A DNA stretch of 41,313 bases from Candidatus Phycocordibacter aenigmaticus (lineage in GTDB: Bacteria; Patescibacteriota; Minisyncoccia; Phycocordibacterales; UBA2163). The DNA lies in NCBI GenBank assembly GCA_002327585.1, contig DCWL01000010.1, positions 21,097 through 62,409 on the forward strand, given 5' to 3'. The notes under the pieces were generated by a model. It searched no databases, was not told the origin of the DNA, and worked only from the letters and a program-made list of their open reading frames with translations. Below are positions 38,947 to 41,313 of the stretch, one piece after another. The translations under genes were made by a program, and so were the position numbers. Every line of letters begins with the position of its first letter. Positions within the stretch are counted from its first letter, which is position 1.

Positions 38947-39414
38947 ATGCAAAAAACAAGACCGAAATTTAAGCCAAAAGACGGACAGATAGATTATACA
39001 AATGCACGTTGGGCGCCGGTAATTAATTGTGTGCTTAAACATAAAGGCAAAATCCTGCTTATGCAAAGGAGCAGTGAATTGAACTTTTATCCAAATTATT
39101 GGAATGGCATTTCTGGATTTCTTGATGATAGCAGAGATTTTGGTCAGAAAGTGAAAGATGAAATTCAAGAAGAAGCGGGTATTGACAGTAAAGAAATTGA
39201 ATCAATTCGCCTTGGAGAGATTTTCCATCAGGAAGCACCAGAGTATAAAAAGACATGGATTATCCATCCAGTATTTGTAGAGGTAAATACAGATAAAGTA
39301 ATACCTGATTGGGAAACGCAAGATTACAAATGGATTGAACCTGCAGAAGCAAAAAATTACAATTTACTTCCTAGTTTTGACACGGTATTAGACAAATTAT
39401 CACATTGGATATGA
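38947..39414 (+). CDS. NUDIX hydrolase
   Basis: 155-aa ORF with the Nudix box GFLDDSRDFGQKVKDEIQEEAGI. Confidence 0.85.
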   Translation: MQKTRPKFKPKDGQIDYTNARWAPVINCVLKHKGKILLMQRSSELNFYPNYWNGISGFLDDSRDFGQKVKDEIQEEAGIDSKEIESIRLGEIFHQEAPEYKKTWIIHPVFVEVNTDKVIPDWETQDYKWIEPAEAKNYNLLPSFDTVLDKLSHWI

Positions 39415-39458
39415 TAGAAGTTGCGGTGCTCGAGATTCGATCTCGAACATCGAACAAC

Positions 39459-39488
39459 CTGTCAAAATCGTAAGATTTAAGGTAATAT
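39459..39488 (+). promoter_or_regulatory. promoter-like 30-mer, copy 2 (TGTCAA-17-TAATAT)
   Basis: CTGTCAAAATCGTAAGATTTAAGGTAATAT. The -10 box ends 12 nt before the ATG at 39501. Confidence 0.45.
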
Positions 39489-39500
39489 GAATTCTTAAAT

Positions 39501-40352
39501 ATGAGAAAAACAGTTATAGGAGTATATCACAAAGATTGTATTGACGGCACGACGGCGGCCGCTGTTTTACTGAAGAAATTCCCAAATGTGCTACTTTTTG
39601 AACTCTCGCATTTATATACAGATGAAGATTTAACGTCCGTGCGTAAAGCTGCCGTAGAGGGGAGCGATGTCTATATAGTTGACTGCATGCTGGGGCTCAA
39701 AGAACTGCTTGAAGACGGCCATAAAGTGACCGTTATAGATCATCACATAGGAGTGAAAGATTTGATGGACAAGCTTGTAGCCAAAAATGACGCTGTAACA
39801 TATATTTTTGACAATAATAAATCGGGAAGCTCGCTTGCTTGGAACCATTTCTTTCCAGAAGAGAGTGAGCCGGAAATAATTAAATATGTGGAAGATTCCG
39901 ATATATGGAGGCTGAAATATGGAGATGATACAAAAAATATAAATAACTATCTTTATATGTATACAGGATCACCAGATTATACAAAAGAACTGTTTGATAA
40001 AAATCTCAATGACATAAAAGAGAAAGGAAAAATTATATCAAAATATTCAGATTTTGAGATAAAAAAGTTTATTGGTAATGCAGAAAGCATCAATCTGCGA
40101 ATTGGCAAATATTTAGTACCAGCATACAATTCAACAGTTTATGTGTCTGATTTAGGCAACAAACTTTCTGGGCTTAATGGAAAAGCTGTTGTAATTTTTA
40201 AAATTTTAGGCCATAAGATAAGATTTAGTTTCAGAAGCATAAACGGGCAAAGTCCGTCGGCGCTTGAACTTGCCAAAATCCTCGGCGGTGCAGGGCATAA
40301 AAACGCTGCAGGTGCAAAAGTGGCACTCAAAGATTTCCTAAAAATGTTATAA
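39501..40352 (+). CDS. DHH/DHHA1 family phosphoesterase (NrnA-like)
   Basis: 283-aa ORF. Motifs DCIDGT, VIDHHIG (DHH) and GGAGHKNAAGA (DHHA1 GGGH). Confidence 0.85.
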   Translation: MRKTVIGVYHKDCIDGTTAAAVLLKKFPNVLLFELSHLYTDEDLTSVRKAAVEGSDVYIVDCMLGLKELLEDGHKVTVIDHHIGVKDLMDKLVAKNDAVTYIFDNNKSGSSLAWNHFFPEESEPEIIKYVEDSDIWRLKYGDDTKNINNYLYMYTGSPDYTKELFDKNLNDIKEKGKIISKYSDFEIKKFIGNAESINLRIGKYLVPAYNSTVYVSDLGNKLSGLNGKAVVIFKILGHKIRFSFRSINGQSPSALELAKILGGAGHKNAAGAKVALKDFLKML

Positions 40353-40363
40353 TAAAAAAAATG

Positions 40364-40392
40364 TTGAAAAATTATTAGAAAATAAATATAAT
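40364..40392 (+). promoter_or_regulatory. sigma70-type promoter upstream of the 37-codon ORF
   Basis: TTGAAA (40364-40369), 17-nt spacer, TATAAT (40387-40392), 9 nt before the ATG at 40402. Confidence 0.45.
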
Positions 40393-40401
40393 TAAAATAC
40401 T

Positions 40402-40515
40402 ATGGCAAAAACACAAAAGGGAAAAAAAATAGTTGAAGTCCACAAACATTATCGCAGACTAAAAAGTGGCAAGCGGATTCTTATACCAGAGCATCGCAGG
40501 TCAACTCCTGATTAA
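40402..40515 (+). CDS. possible small basic protein (37 aa), not in the ORF track
   Basis: MAKTQKGKKIVEVHKHYRRLKSGKRILIPEHRRSTPD. Internal repeat GKKIVEVHKHYRR / GKRILIPEHRRS. Near-consensus promoter directly upstream. Confidence 0.4.
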   Translation: MAKTQKGKKIVEVHKHYRRLKSGKRILIPEHRRSTPD

Positions 40516-40676
40516 GATCGGCAGATTGCTACAAGAAAAGATTGTTGCTTACAATCAATAAAATAATCCTAGATATATTTTACATCACACCACCCTCCTG
40601 TTTTTGTGATTGTAAATGCAAAGAACTTCTTTGCGGAGAATATACCACTGATGGAATTAAAAAGCCGTATTGAGAT

Positions 40677-40704
40677 TTGACAAAAAAACTACGACATATA
40701 TAAT
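40677..40704 (+). promoter_or_regulatory. consensus sigma70 promoter of groES-groEL
   Basis: TTGACA (40677-40682), 16-nt spacer, TATAAT (40699-40704). Confidence 0.55.
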
Positions 40705-40742
40705 AAACATTGTAAATTATTAATGAAATGACCTCGTAAATC

Positions 40743-41313
<571 letters not shown>

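Noticed and set aside
39422-39458. tRNA-like 3' fragment on the minus strand (T-arm-like TCGAG-ATTCGAT-CTCGA plus GCGGTGC) that could mark an integrase att site.
   Set aside because: No complementary 5' acceptor strand, D arm or anticodon arm can be found. The T loop is non-canonical, and none of the tRNAs in the window matches it. It may simply be the NUDIX gene terminator hairpin (TCGAGAT/ATCTCGA).
40516-40742. CIRCE/HrcA operator (TTAGCACTC-N9-GAGTGCTAA) upstream of groES.
   Set aside because: Read by eye, the region holds no match to either half-site. Only a consensus sigma70 promoter is present.

Overview
The window is gene-dense and AT-rich, and it uses the standard genetic code: TGA serves as a stop and an RF2 gene is present. 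Gene content and protein sequences suggest a reduced-genome Patescibacteria/CPR (Parcubacteria-like) bacterium. That assignment is inference only, since no database search was possible.

Housekeeping genes, in window order:
- ftsH (5'-partial) and recG
- ligA and gatC-gatA, with no gatB
- alr
- a short prfB, then ftsE-ftsX-pyrG
- a MacAB-like efflux operon (adaptor, ATPase, permease)
- ybjQ, plus DsrE-like, NUDIX and DHH genes
- groES and groEL (3'-partial)

I folded nine tRNA or tRNA-like genes by hand: Ile(UAU), Ser(GCU), an atypical initiator-like CAU tRNA, Met/Ile2(CAU), Asp(GUC), Thr(GGU), Thr(CGU) and Gln(CUG).

The largest functional block is an ~11.6-kb type IV pilus locus at 7.2-18.8 kb. 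It runs pilM, N-like, O-like, a small membrane protein, pilB, a CheY-like receiver, pilT, pilC, two tandem major pilins, pilD and four minor pilins. It has no secretin, and comFC sits divergently upstream.

The best candidates for something undescribed:
1. An island of unknowns at 33.5-38.3 kb. It is built around a soluble 914-aa TraD/VirD4-like P-loop ATPase with a ~500-aa unrecognised N-terminal region, an operator-like palindromic promoter driving a 62-aa orphan gene, and two ORFan proteins.
2. A membrane-anchored protein with a HEPN-like RNxxAH motif, translationally coupled to gatA where gatB would be expected.
3. A self-contained promoter / tRNA-like / terminator unit encoding a non-canonical initiator-like tRNA.
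4. Conserved RNA or leader modules duplicated in front of pilin genes.

No CRISPR array, transposase, integrase or rRNA was seen.
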